This document shows, in pieces, positions 19,586 through 29,112 of a stretch of 64,000 nt of DNA (the stretch's first letter is position 1; the number at the start of each line of letters is the position of its first letter). Made by a program: the position numbers and the translations under genes. The stretch covers positions 1,088,001-1,152,000 of the forward strand of contig CBDBZU010000004.1 of the NCBI GenBank assembly GCA_965213625.1, written 5' to 3'. The notes below the pieces were generated by a model that was not told where the DNA came from, searched no databases, and worked only from the letters and a program-made list of their open reading frames with translations. The stretch comes from a bacterium (GTDB lineage Bacteria; UBA8248).

Positions 19586-21792
19586 ACAAACGTAACGGAA
19601 GCAATCTGCATATTGAGACCGAACTCAGTAGAGATTTAGGGCTCACATCGGCGCTCTCTATCGGCGTCGGTACTATGATAGCAGCAGGTATTTTTACGTT
19701 ATCCGGCCTGGCTGTCAGGGATGTCGGATCATCGGCCGTCATCGCTTTCCTTATAGCCGCGCTTGTCGCTGGGTTCACGGCGCTCACCTATTGTGAATTC
19801 ACATCTTTGTATCCGGAATCCGGAGAAGGTTATCTCTATGCGAGAAGAACGTTTCCGCCGCCACTTGCCTATCTTGTTGGATGGACATTGGTGCTTGGCT
19901 ACACTTCTTCATGCGCTTTCTATATCAGCAGCCTTTCTTCTTATTTTAATGAATTCGTCTGGCATTCTCCTTATGAGCAAATATCGGGAATCATAGGCCT
20001 GGTCTGTCTCGTGTTGCTTAACATCAAGGGAACGAAGGAATCGGCTCGTTTTCAAATATTCATTACCGCCGGGAAGGTCATCCTTTTGTTTTGGTTTGTA
20101 TATGGCGGGCTAGGAAATTTGGACACAAAAGCCCTTGTCGAGAGAATGAGCATGGATATACCAAGGATTGGCGCGACGGCCGGTTTGGTTTTTATTACTT
20201 TTTTTGGGTTTTCGGCCATAGCGGCATCAGCTGGGGAAGTCACGAATCCCACAAAGACAATTCCTCGCGCGATTTTTCTTTCCATGATGATCGTAACGAT
20301 TCTTTATACATTGGTGGTCTTCGTAATCGTTACCGCCAACCTTACGGAATATACGGAAGCAGCGATGGGTAATGCGGCGCGTCTTTTCCTGGGACCCATC
20401 GGCGGAATGGTGATTGTCGTAGGCGCGCTTTTCTCAATGATTTCCGCATCTAACGCATCGATTTTAGCGGGTTCACGAGTCGTTTTGTCCATGGCGCAGC
20501 TAGGACACTTGCCCTCTGGAATCGCCGCGATCAACTCACAGACACGCACTCCCATTATTTCGCTTATTTTGGTGGGAGGAACAATTGTTGTCTTTGCGCA
20601 AAGTTTTCACCTGGAGAAGTTGGCACACTTTGCGGACACCATTCTTCTGTTGGCATTGATTTTAGTAAATGCTGCACTCATCTATCATCGAAAGAAATTT
20701 CCAAATCTCCCCAGGCCTTTTCGTGTTCCCTTTGTACCGTTGTTGCCGCTTTTGGGGATTGTCGCAAATATATATTTGCTCTCACTCATATTGCGGCATC
20801 CTGAACCAGTTGTAATGGCAGTGCTTTGGCTGATTGTGGGAATGCTTGGGTTTCTGGCTTGGAAAGGTTCCCAGACTGAGGAGGAATTCTTGCCTGGTGA
20901 GCCATCCCGCGTAGCGCAAGTAAGCATGGAAGGACAAGAGAGTAATTTTCGCGTGTTGGTTCCTATCGCAAACCCGACAAACGTGATTCCTCTAATTGAT
21001 CTGGCCTCAGCGATTGCCAAAGAAAATGACGGCGAAATTATCGTAATGCGGGTTGTATCTTTGCCAGAGCAGGCTCCGACAAGTCGCGAGACTTCATACG
21101 TTGAAAGAGAAAGACGAATTTTGGAGCAGGCTCATGTTCACGCCAATTCAAAGGGTGTCAAAATCAGTTCCCTGGTAAGGATTGGACGTAATCCGGCGCG
21201 TGCCATCCTGGAGACGGCAAGAGAGCGGCATTGTGATCTGGTCATACTTGGCTGGAAAGGCTATACCTCTACCGCCAATCGCATATTAGGTGAAATTGTG
21301 GATGATGTCGTAAATCTTGCCAGGGCGGATATTATGCTGGTGAAACTTGTAGGTGAAATGAGATTTAATAATATTCTTTTACCGACAACCGGAGGAATAC
21401 ATGCGCGCTTGGCAGAACGATATACAGCCCCGATTGCAAGTGCTTACAATGCGAGGCTTGTTGTATCGACTATTGTTTCTCCAGAAGCAGATGGAACTCA
21501 AAAACATTCTGTGGAACAAGCTCTGAGCGAGGCGGTAGGCAGAATAAACGATGAGAGCAGTGTGCATGTGGAGAGTCGAATCATCACGCATAAATCCGTT
21601 TCCGTAGGCATTATCCAAGCGTCGGAAGAATATGACGCCATTGCAATGGGAGCTGCTGGCGAGAGTTTCTATAAACAGATACTTTTTGGTTCTATTCCTG
21701 AAAACGTTGCAAAACATACGGACAAAACAGTGATTGTGTATAAACAGTATTCACCCGTGAAAGCATTGGTGGGGCGGGTGATGGAAAACTGA
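19582..21792 (+). CDS. APC amino acid permease fused to two universal stress protein domains
   Basis: GVGTMIAAGIF and 12 TM segments, then VLVPIANP and ILLPTTGG..LFGSIPE USP domains. Confidence 0.9.
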   Translation: MNKRNGSNLHIETELSRDLGLTSALSIGVGTMIAAGIFTLSGLAVRDVGSSAVIAFLIAALVAGFTALTYCEFTSLYPESGEGYLYARRTFPPPLAYLVGWTLVLGYTSSCAFYISSLSSYFNEFVWHSPYEQISGIIGLVCLVLLNIKGTKESARFQIFITAGKVILLFWFVYGGLGNLDTKALVERMSMDIPRIGATAGLVFITFFGFSAIAASAGEVTNPTKTIPRAIFLSMMIVTILYTLVVFVIVTANLTEYTEAAMGNAARLFLGPIGGMVIVVGALFSMISASNASILAGSRVVLSMAQLGHLPSGIAAINSQTRTPIISLILVGGTIVVFAQSFHLEKLAHFADTILLLALILVNAALIYHRKKFPNLPRPFRVPFVPLLPLLGIVANIYLLSLILRHPEPVVMAVLWLIVGMLGFLAWKGSQTEEEFLPGEPSRVAQVSMEGQESNFRVLVPIANPTNVIPLIDLASAIAKENDGEIIVMRVVSLPEQAPTSRETSYVERERRILEQAHVHANSKGVKISSLVRIGRNPARAILETARERHCDLVILGWKGYTSTANRILGEIVDDVVNLARADIMLVKLVGEMRFNNILLPTTGGIHARLAERYTAPIASAYNARLVVSTIVSPEADGTQKHSVEQALSEAVGRINDESSVHVESRIITHKSVSVGIIQASEEYDAIAMGAAGESFYKQILFGSIPENVAKHTDKTVIVYKQYSPVKALVGRVMEN

Positions 21793-21875
21793 TCAAATCA
21801 CCTTGGTAATTTATATGTAAATACTTGGGTATTTCAGGCAAGAACAAATCAAATTTTGTCATCGAGGTAGTTCAT

Positions 21876-22595
21876 TTGTCTAAAATCGTATCGAGTTCCA
21901 TAGATGCTGTTTCGGATATTCCCAAAGGCGCATCGATTCTTATCGGTGGGTTTGGCATATGCGGGATGGCGCATAATTTATGTAAAGCACTCAGTGAGCG
22001 AAATGATGTTGGCGATTTCCATTTGGTTTCGAATGCAGGCGGAATGGACGGTTGGGGTGTAGGCCTGATGTTTGAAAATCGGCAGGTCCGTTCCATCATC
22101 GCTAGTCGTGTGGGCCCGGCTTGTAAATCTTATGAAGAACAAGCCTTGCAAAGGGAAATTGAAGTCGAACTATCCCCTCAAGGAACATTCACGGAACGAA
22201 TTCGAGCAGGCGGGGCCGGCATCGGTGGTTTTTTCACGCCAACGGGAGCAGGCACCGTCGTAGCTGAAGGGAAAGAGACGAGATTCATTGAGGGGGAAGA
22301 ATACATTTTTGAAGAGCCCATTCGGGCGGATTATGCTTTCATCAAGGCCTGGAAGGGAGACGAGCGCGGGAATCTGATATACCGGATGAGCGCGCAGAAC
22401 TTTAATCCCGTCATGGCCACTGCCGCCGAGGTGACTATCGTCGAAGTAGAAGAGATTGTGCCTGTCGGTGAAATTGCCCCGGAAAATGTGCATACGCCCG
22501 GGATTTTTGTGCAACGCGTGGTTTTAGGTAAGGATATTGAGAAACCCATCGAAATCAAGACGAATCGGCCCCGAAACGGCCTAGGGGGGAGTTGA
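21876..22595 (+). CDS. 3-oxoacid CoA-transferase subunit A
   Basis: GGFGICG, PQGT..ERIRAGGAGI and NFNP.MA; probable TTG start. Confidence 0.92.
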   Translation: MSKIVSSSIDAVSDIPKGASILIGGFGICGMAHNLCKALSERNDVGDFHLVSNAGGMDGWGVGLMFENRQVRSIIASRVGPACKSYEEQALQREIEVELSPQGTFTERIRAGGAGIGGFFTPTGAGTVVAEGKETRFIEGEEYIFEEPIRADYAFIKAWKGDERGNLIYRMSAQNFNPVMATAAEVTIVEVEEIVPVGEIAPENVHTPGIFVQRVVLGKDIEKPIEIKTNRPRNGLGGS

Positions 22596-22596
22596 T

Positions 22597-23259
22597 TTGC
22601 CTTTGAGCAGACATGATATTGCCAAGCGTGCCGCAATGGAGGTTCCCCGGGGGGGATATGTCAACCTCGGGCTGGGCATACCTACCTTGGTGAGCAATTA
22701 TATACCTGAGGAATTTGGCGTCACCATACATTCAGAAAACGGAGTGTTGGGTGTAGGACCATTTCCATACGAAGGAGATGAAGACCCCGATCTGTTGAAT
22801 GCCAGCAAAGAAACCGTGACGATTATGCCGGGTGGTTCGTATTTTGATAGCGCCACGTCATTTTCTATGGTCAGGGGCGGGCATATAGACGTCACCATAC
22901 TAGGCGCAATGGAAGTTGCTGGTAACGGTGATCTGGCGAATTGGGCCATACCTGGCAAGATGATATCAGGCATGGGTGGTGCGATGGATCTCGTCGTGGG
23001 TGCCCGAAAAGTGATCCTCACGATGGAGCATGTCTCCAAACGTGGGGCGCCGAAGATTGTAAAGACATGCTCTTTGCCTTTAACCGGAAAAGGCGTAGTA
23101 GATGTCATCATTACTGATATTGCGTTTATTTCTGTAGAGCGGGAAGGCCTTTTGCTTCGGGAGATTGCTCCTGGCGTGAGTGAAAGGGAAGTATTGGAAA
23201 AAACCGAGGCGCCATTGCGGATTGCTTCGGATTTGCGCGAGATGTTTGCGAATGCTTGA
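22597..23259 (+). CDS. 3-oxoacid CoA-transferase subunit B
   Basis: VNLGLGIPT, SENG active site and GMGGAMDL. Confidence 0.93.
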   Translation: MPLSRHDIAKRAAMEVPRGGYVNLGLGIPTLVSNYIPEEFGVTIHSENGVLGVGPFPYEGDEDPDLLNASKETVTIMPGGSYFDSATSFSMVRGGHIDVTILGAMEVAGNGDLANWAIPGKMISGMGGAMDLVVGARKVILTMEHVSKRGAPKIVKTCSLPLTGKGVVDVIITDIAFISVEREGLLLREIAPGVSEREVLEKTEAPLRIASDLREMFANA

Positions 23260-23268
23260 GTTTCGAAG

Positions 23269-24186
23269 ATGATCGATCTTGAAAAATATACCCAAGAATA
23301 CTGGGGGTTGATGCGTCAACACGCCTATCGGCTCACAGGCAATATATTGGATGCGGATGATATCGTCCAAGATACCATGTTGCGAGCGATTGAGATGGGC
23401 CCGGCCCTCGATAATATCGAAGATCATCCTGAATGGTTGTATACGGCGTGTACTGAAGCGGCGCTTTCTCGATTGCGAGAAAAAAAACCGTTGGAGTTAA
23501 ATGAGTTCGACCTCCCCGATTTGATACAAACGACGGGTTCAAGTGCGAATGGCGTGACTAAATCGATGGAGGCGGGTGCAGTATGGCCAAGCGTTGCGCT
23601 CGAATTTTTATTTCCCCTCCAATACATGACGTCCGAACAGCGCGCTGTTGCCGTGCTCAGGGACGGGGTAGAGGATGGTGACCGGGTTGCAGCATCTGCA
23701 ATAGGAGTACAGATTCAGGAGGTATTCAAAATTGCTGATAATGCGGATAAAAAACGAGCGCAAATTGATAAGTACTGGGGAAAGGATCTTTTCTTCGCAT
23801 CTACCAATGAAAAAGAAAAACCAGCGCGAGTTTACGAGCGATTTGTTGAAGCACTCGGTTTTCGAGACAAGGTATTGTTACAAGGGCTCATGTCACCGGA
23901 TGTAGAGCTTATCGTCAGAGGCGAGCGAAGAACTGGTGACGATTTTGTAGCCGTGGCCTGTACGGAGCTTCTCGGCCAAATGGGAGAAAAGCTAACATTC
24001 AGTCCTGTTTGGTTCAACGGATGCCGGGGTATTCTTATATGGACTTGGCGTACAAGAAGAAACGAATGGCTGCGGTGTGGCGCCATTACAGTTCTAAATG
24101 ATGTTTTGAATATCAAAGCGATGAAGTGGTATTTGGATGGTCACTTACTGCGAGCCATTCAGACCGAAGTTCCTCAAATTTCATAA
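23269..24186 (+). CDS. ECF-type sigma factor with C-terminal SnoaL-like extension (divergent)
   Basis: Region 2 HAYRLTG..DADDIVQD, region 4-like EQRAVAVLRD and C-terminal ERFVEA..D..L..PDV. Confidence 0.65.
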   Translation: MIDLEKYTQEYWGLMRQHAYRLTGNILDADDIVQDTMLRAIEMGPALDNIEDHPEWLYTACTEAALSRLREKKPLELNEFDLPDLIQTTGSSANGVTKSMEAGAVWPSVALEFLFPLQYMTSEQRAVAVLRDGVEDGDRVAASAIGVQIQEVFKIADNADKKRAQIDKYWGKDLFFASTNEKEKPARVYERFVEALGFRDKVLLQGLMSPDVELIVRGERRTGDDFVAVACTELLGQMGEKLTFSPVWFNGCRGILIWTWRTRRNEWLRCGAITVLNDVLNIKAMKWYLDGHLLRAIQTEVPQIS

Positions 24187-24295
24187 AACTTCATATCAAC
24201 ATAATAAAAAACTTTAGCACTCAAGGGCTATGAGAATATTTGAGCAACGGAAGATGCTCATCTCAATTGTGACTTCAAGAGTTATATCGTGTTTT

Positions 24296-26548
24296 CTATG
24301 TTCCGTTCCCTTTTCCAAGTGCTTCGCAAATGTGATGCGGGCCCACTGGAATCTCGAAAGTACGGGTCCCAACCGCATCGGCGATGGCGTTCATGATGGC
24401 AGCGGGGGTTGCGAGTATGGGCGGTTCGCCTACTCCTCTCATGCCGTATGGTGTATCCTCCGCCTTGTTCTCAACCATTATGGTCTTCAACTCAGGAACG
24501 TCCAGACTGGTGGGCAGAAGGTATTCATGGAGAGTTCCGCCATAGATATTGCCTGCCTCGTCTCGAGGCTGTTCTTCCATCAACGCCAAACCGATTCCCT
24601 GAAGCATCCCGCCTTCCATTTGGCCGACGATGGAAGTCGGGTTCATGGCGAAGCCTACATCTTGGGAACAAACCAGCCTCAAAACTTTCACCTCACCCGA
24701 ATCCAGATTCACGGCTACCTCCGCGATTTGTGCCGCATAGATGGGGCAAAAAGCCGGTGCCTTAGTTTCCCCTTGCCCCATTATATAGCCTGTAATTCCT
24801 GGCGCAGCTTTTGCTACTTCACTTAATGACATGGAGCGTTCGGGTGTAGATATCGAAGAAACGCACCCTCCTTCGATTTTCAGATCGTCCGGGGCAGCTT
24901 CTAGTTTTTCGGCGGCAACAACTCGAATTTTTTCTTTTAGATCGTCTACGGCAACGATTACGGCGGCGCCCATCGAGCGGGTCAGCATGCTGCCCGCCGC
25001 GTGGATGGATTCGGGGGCGGTGTCGGTATCGCCGCTGTCAAAAGATACCTGCTCAAAGCCGATATCCATCATTTCCGCAGCAATTTGGCACATTGAGGTT
25101 GTTGCACCCGTAAGGTTTACGGCACCGCTGAGGAGTTGGATGCTGCCGTCTGCGTTTAAGCGAGCCGTACACGCGGAAGCACCACCACTTCCGCGCCAAA
25201 AGCTGACGGCTAAACCACGACCGAACTTCCAGCCAGGTCCCTCCAAGTCCACATTCGTTTCAATGGACTCGCCCCAGCTTCCTTCTTTGGCGGTGCTTTC
25301 CAAGACTTTGAGCATGCCGTCGTCTTCTTGCGTGCCAAATAATCCGGTATCGCCTTTTCGAATGGCGTTTTTTCGCCTGATTTCAAGGGGATCGATGTCT
25401 AGGTCGCGCGCGATGATATCGAGATGCACCTCTGTTGCGAAGAAGCACTGGGGTCCACATGGTCCTCTAACCGAGCCGCATATTGGTCCGTTTGTGTAGA
25501 CGCTCGCCATTTTCACCGAAGAATGCGGGATGTTGTAGCAGCTAGTGAACATCGGAATGCGGGAACTCGCTTGGGTCGGAGCGCCGGGACCATAAGCGCC
25601 ATGGTCGACGATGACGTCTGTTTCACGGGCTATAATATTACCATCAGAGGTTATCCCGGTTTTTAGATGTATTCGTAATCCTTGCCTGGGACCGACGCCG
25701 TTATGGTCGTCTTCTCGCGTCATCTCGTGGCGTACTGCGCGCCCGCTTTTGAGTGCCAGCAATGCGATGATGTGCTCAACAAACGAATGTATCTTACCTC
25801 CAAATCCACCGCCGATTTCTGTGGGGATAACTTTCACTTTCGCTAGTGAAATCCCCAAAGCCGCAGCAACTTGTCCGCGGATGACGAAGGGTGCTTGCGT
25901 TGTTGTCCAAATGGTGATTTTTCCATCGGCACCGGGCTCCGCCGAACAGGCATGAGGTTCGATATAACCAGAGTGGGCGTATGGAGTCTGAAAAGTGTGT
26001 TCGAATATGTGGTCTGCTTTTCCCATAGCGGTACTTACATCGCCCATGGACATTTCATAACGACCAATTACATTCCCTGCTCCGTTGGGCCCTAAGCCTA
26101 CCTTTTCCCAATCCTCATGAACGAGTGGACCCTTGCCGTCACGCGCTTCCAAAGGGTCTACCACAGGCTGAAGGACTTCATAGTTCACCTGTATAGAATC
26201 TAGTGCCGCCTGAGCAGCATCTATTGATTCCGCTGCAACAGCTGCTACAGGGTCTCCGATGTATCGAACATAACCATCGCGAGCCAGCCAGCACATATCT
26301 TTGATTTCAAGTCCGAAATGATGTGGGGGGCAATCATTACCAATCAATACAGTTTGCACACCAGGTATGTTTTTCGCTTCTTCCGTGTCCATGGAAACGA
26401 TACGAGCATGTGGGTGTGGGCTTCTGAGGACCAAACTAACCAGCGGCTGAGTAGTAGCGATATCGGCGGCGAACTTAGCCGTACCTACAGCTTTGTCCGG
26501 CAGATCGTATCTGGGGATACTTTTCCCAGCTACCTTAAATTCATTCAT
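24296..26548 (-). CDS. xanthine dehydrogenase family molybdopterin-binding subunit
   Basis: RSPHPHARI, IGGGFGGK, GQMEGG..QGIG and RGVGEP. Confidence 0.92.
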   Translation of the reverse strand: MNEFKVAGKSIPRYDLPDKAVGTAKFAADIATTQPLVSLVLRSPHPHARIVSMDTEEAKNIPGVQTVLIGNDCPPHHFGLEIKDMCWLARDGYVRYIGDPVAAVAAESIDAAQAALDSIQVNYEVLQPVVDPLEARDGKGPLVHEDWEKVGLGPNGAGNVIGRYEMSMGDVSTAMGKADHIFEHTFQTPYAHSGYIEPHACSAEPGADGKITIWTTTQAPFVIRGQVAAALGISLAKVKVIPTEIGGGFGGKIHSFVEHIIALLALKSGRAVRHEMTREDDHNGVGPRQGLRIHLKTGITSDGNIIARETDVIVDHGAYGPGAPTQASSRIPMFTSCYNIPHSSVKMASVYTNGPICGSVRGPCGPQCFFATEVHLDIIARDLDIDPLEIRRKNAIRKGDTGLFGTQEDDGMLKVLESTAKEGSWGESIETNVDLEGPGWKFGRGLAVSFWRGSGGASACTARLNADGSIQLLSGAVNLTGATTSMCQIAAEMMDIGFEQVSFDSGDTDTAPESIHAAGSMLTRSMGAAVIVAVDDLKEKIRVVAAEKLEAAPDDLKIEGGCVSSISTPERSMSLSEVAKAAPGITGYIMGQGETKAPAFCPIYAAQIAEVAVNLDSGEVKVLRLVCSQDVGFAMNPTSIVGQMEGGMLQGIGLALMEEQPRDEAGNIYGGTLHEYLLPTSLDVPELKTIMVENKAEDTPYGMRGVGEPPILATPAAIMNAIADAVGTRTFEIPVGPHHICEALGKGNGT

Positions 26549-26751
26549 ATTGCCCTCAAATGTGTGGCGTATGTAGATGTCTGTTCTGGTTCGATGTCGA
26601 GCATAATAGGATTCCAATCCCCCAAGGGGATGAAATGATATCTCGATTGCGGATAGGTTCCCAAAACTCTAGTCTAAGTATATCTTGTGTTAGCAACAAG
26701 TTCTTCACAGACACGGTATTACCTGGTGGAATGATGTGAAGGAGATCAATC

Positions 26752-27630
26752 ATGTCAAATCCGATCCCATTGGGTGTTCTCGGTTATCCGGCAGGCCATA
26801 TTTTATCTCCTGTGTTGCATAACAAAGCAGCTGAAGTGTTGGGTTTGAATTATCACTATCTTGCCTATGAGGTGCACCCGGATAATTTGGAAGATGCCGT
26901 GCGGGGAGCCCAGGCGATGGGATTTCGTGGACTCACAATCACGATTCCGCACAAGGTGGCTGTTGCCAAACTCATGGATGAACTGAGTGAAGATGCCCGG
27001 TTTATGGGTGCAGTCAACACAATAGTTTTTGAAGAAAATGGAAATCTAATCGGCCATAATACGGATGGTATTGGATGGCTCCGATATATGGAGGAAACAA
27101 CGGGAGAACATCCCAAGGGAAAGAAATGTCTTGTTTTGGGGGCGGGAGGGGCCGCGAGAGCCATTGCCGTCAAAATTGCCCAGTGTGGGGCGGCTCATCT
27201 TGCTATTAGAAATCGAACTTCTGAAAAAGCTGTGGAGTTGGCACATTTTGTAAAAAAAAGCGTGCCTTACGCTAATGCGGATGGTGGCGGCTTGGATGAT
27301 CTGAATTCGGCGGCTGATGGTTGTGAGATCATCGTGAATACAACAATCCTTGGTATGTGGGGAGATGCCGAACGTATGGCAACCACACCGATTCCCGATA
27401 GCGCTATTCCTAACAATTGTATTTGTTCGGATGCGGTCTATATTCCTCCTGATACGGAGTTTCTAAAAGCAGCCAGACGTTCTGGCGCTCAAGTTGTTCG
27501 CGGAACGGGTTGGTTGGTATATCAAGCTGCGGCTGCTTGGGAAATGTGGACGGGAGTGGATATGCCTACGAATGTCGTGATGAAAGTTTTACACGAAGCA
27601 TTGGAATTGCGCCTCGATTCCAAGGATTAA
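26752..27630 (+). CDS. aroE: shikimate dehydrogenase
   Basis: SPVLHN, TIPHK, GAVNT, NTDG and GAGGAARA. Confidence 0.9.
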   Translation: MSNPIPLGVLGYPAGHILSPVLHNKAAEVLGLNYHYLAYEVHPDNLEDAVRGAQAMGFRGLTITIPHKVAVAKLMDELSEDARFMGAVNTIVFEENGNLIGHNTDGIGWLRYMEETTGEHPKGKKCLVLGAGGAARAIAVKIAQCGAAHLAIRNRTSEKAVELAHFVKKSVPYANADGGGLDDLNSAADGCEIIVNTTILGMWGDAERMATTPIPDSAIPNNCICSDAVYIPPDTEFLKAARRSGAQVVRGTGWLVYQAAAAWEMWTGVDMPTNVVMKVLHEALELRLDSKD

Positions 27631-27899
27631 CTGTCGAACGTTTTTCGTTTTTTTACTCGTTCCTCACATGGGGTAGTCGCTTCATTACCTAACCATAAGT
27701 CCCATGCACCGTGATGGCCGATGTCCACTCCTTCTTTTTGAGCTTTTTTTTGTAGCGCGATTTGCAATTCATCCATAAACGCACTGTCCATGAGCTCAAG
27801 GTGCTCCCCGATGTGGCGATGCAGGATCCTGTAAACTAGCTTCATGTCCTCTATGGATGTCTCGAATGAATATGTATCGCCTTGTAATGAAAAAGCCAT
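27627..27899 (-). CDS. hypothetical protein (90 aa)
   Basis: Clean ORF with AGGA-like RBS, convergent on aroE. Confidence 0.6.
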   Translation of the reverse strand: MAFSLQGDTYSFETSIEDMKLVYRILHRHIGEHLELMDSAFMDELQIALQKKAQKEGVDIGHHGAWDLWLGNEATTPCEERVKKRKTFDS

Positions 27900-28011
27900 T
27901 TTTCTTTCCTGTTGAAATAAAGGATTTGGAAAAACCATGGAAAAACACAATCCGATTCTACCGGATTATTATTGACAGTTAAATCACTCTACAGACATCC
28001 TGCCAGAAGGG

Positions 28012-28051
28012 GCCGGGGGCCCGGAATTGCGCATGGGGCCGGGCCCCCGGC
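28012..28051. terminator. 13-bp GC-only stem hairpin downstream of mreB
   Basis: GCCGGGGGCCCGG...CCGGGCCCCCGGC perfect inverted repeat; no clear U-tract. Confidence 0.45.
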
Positions 28052-28074
28052 AGGGGGGGTGGTGCTCGTGAAAA

Positions 28075-29112
28075 TCAGTTCAAACAGACTTGCTTGAAGT
28101 CTTTTAAATGGTCTAGCACGTGCCCTGTTCCACGGACGACTGTGGTTAGTGGGTCTTTTACTCTGTATATAGGAAGGCCTGTCTCGTCATGTAGCCTGGT
28201 CCCGAGTCCTTTTAAGAGTGAGCCTCCGCCGGCTAAAACGATTCCTCTCCGGTAAATGTCAGAAGCAAGTTCAGGACTTGTTTTGGACAGCGCTTTTCGA
28301 ATGGATTCAACGATGGCTTTCACGGGGCCGTCGAGAGCTATTCGCACCGATTCATCGGATATCTTGATGGTGCGGGGCATACCGGTGGAAACATCAGCTC
28401 CTGAAATTTCCATTTCAAGTGGCTCTGAAAGTGGAGCTGCTGCCCCAATCTCCATTTTGACGCGTTCGGCTTCGAAGGAACCAATTGATAAACCGTGGTG
28501 CCTTTTAATATGGCGTTGGATGCATTCGTCCATCGCATCTCCCGCCATGCGTAAAGATTCTGAATATGCAACGGCGTATTGGGAGATAACGGCCATTTCG
28601 GTCGTTCCACCCCCGATATCAACAATCATGGAGCCGGCGATTTCGTGAATTGGCAGTTTACTTCCAATGGCCGCAGCCATGGGTTCTTCAATCAGGTAGA
28701 CTTTGCCGGCTCCACATTGGGTGGCGGAATCTATTACGGCTTTCATTTCGACACTGGTGATACCTGAGGGAACGCAGACCATCATAGTAGGTCGACTGAA
28801 AGACCTTTTGGGTACAATTGATCCAACAAAATGGCGTATCATGGCTTTTGTTACATCAAAATCGGCGATTACCCCATCTTTCATGGGGCGAATTGTCCGA
28901 ATTGAATCCGGTGTTCGGCCGTACATTTCCTTGGCTTTCTTCCCAACCGCGAGAACGGCCCCTCCGTTTTTGGAGTTCAAAGCGACAACGGAGGGTTCAT
29001 CTAGAACAATTCCGGCATTTTTTGTGTAAACTAAAGTGTTTGCCGTTCCTAGGTCCATTGCGATATTGGGCCCCATCCAGGACCTGAGGCGCTTTAAAAA
29101 ATGTACTTTCAT
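28075..29112 (-). CDS. mreB: rod shape-determining protein MreB family
   Basis: DLGTANT, EPSVVA, PMKDGVIADF, EEPMAAAIG, DIGGGTTE and LAGGGSLL. Confidence 0.93.
   Translation of the reverse strand: MKVHFLKRLRSWMGPNIAMDLGTANTLVYTKNAGIVLDEPSVVALNSKNGGAVLAVGKKAKEMYGRTPDSIRTIRPMKDGVIADFDVTKAMIRHFVGSIVPKRSFSRPTMMVCVPSGITSVEMKAVIDSATQCGAGKVYLIEEPMAAAIGSKLPIHEIAGSMIVDIGGGTTEMAVISQYAVAYSESLRMAGDAMDECIQRHIKRHHGLSIGSFEAERVKMEIGAAAPLSEPLEMEISGADVSTGMPRTIKISDESVRIALDGPVKAIVESIRKALSKTSPELASDIYRRGIVLAGGGSLLKGLGTRLHDETGLPIYRVKDPLTTVVRGTGHVLDHLKDFKQVCLN

Noticed and set aside
24190-24230. dif site at the convergence point of the AT-richer segment
   Set aside because: There is only a partial XerD-like half (TTATGTTGATA on the minus strand) and no convincing XerC half.
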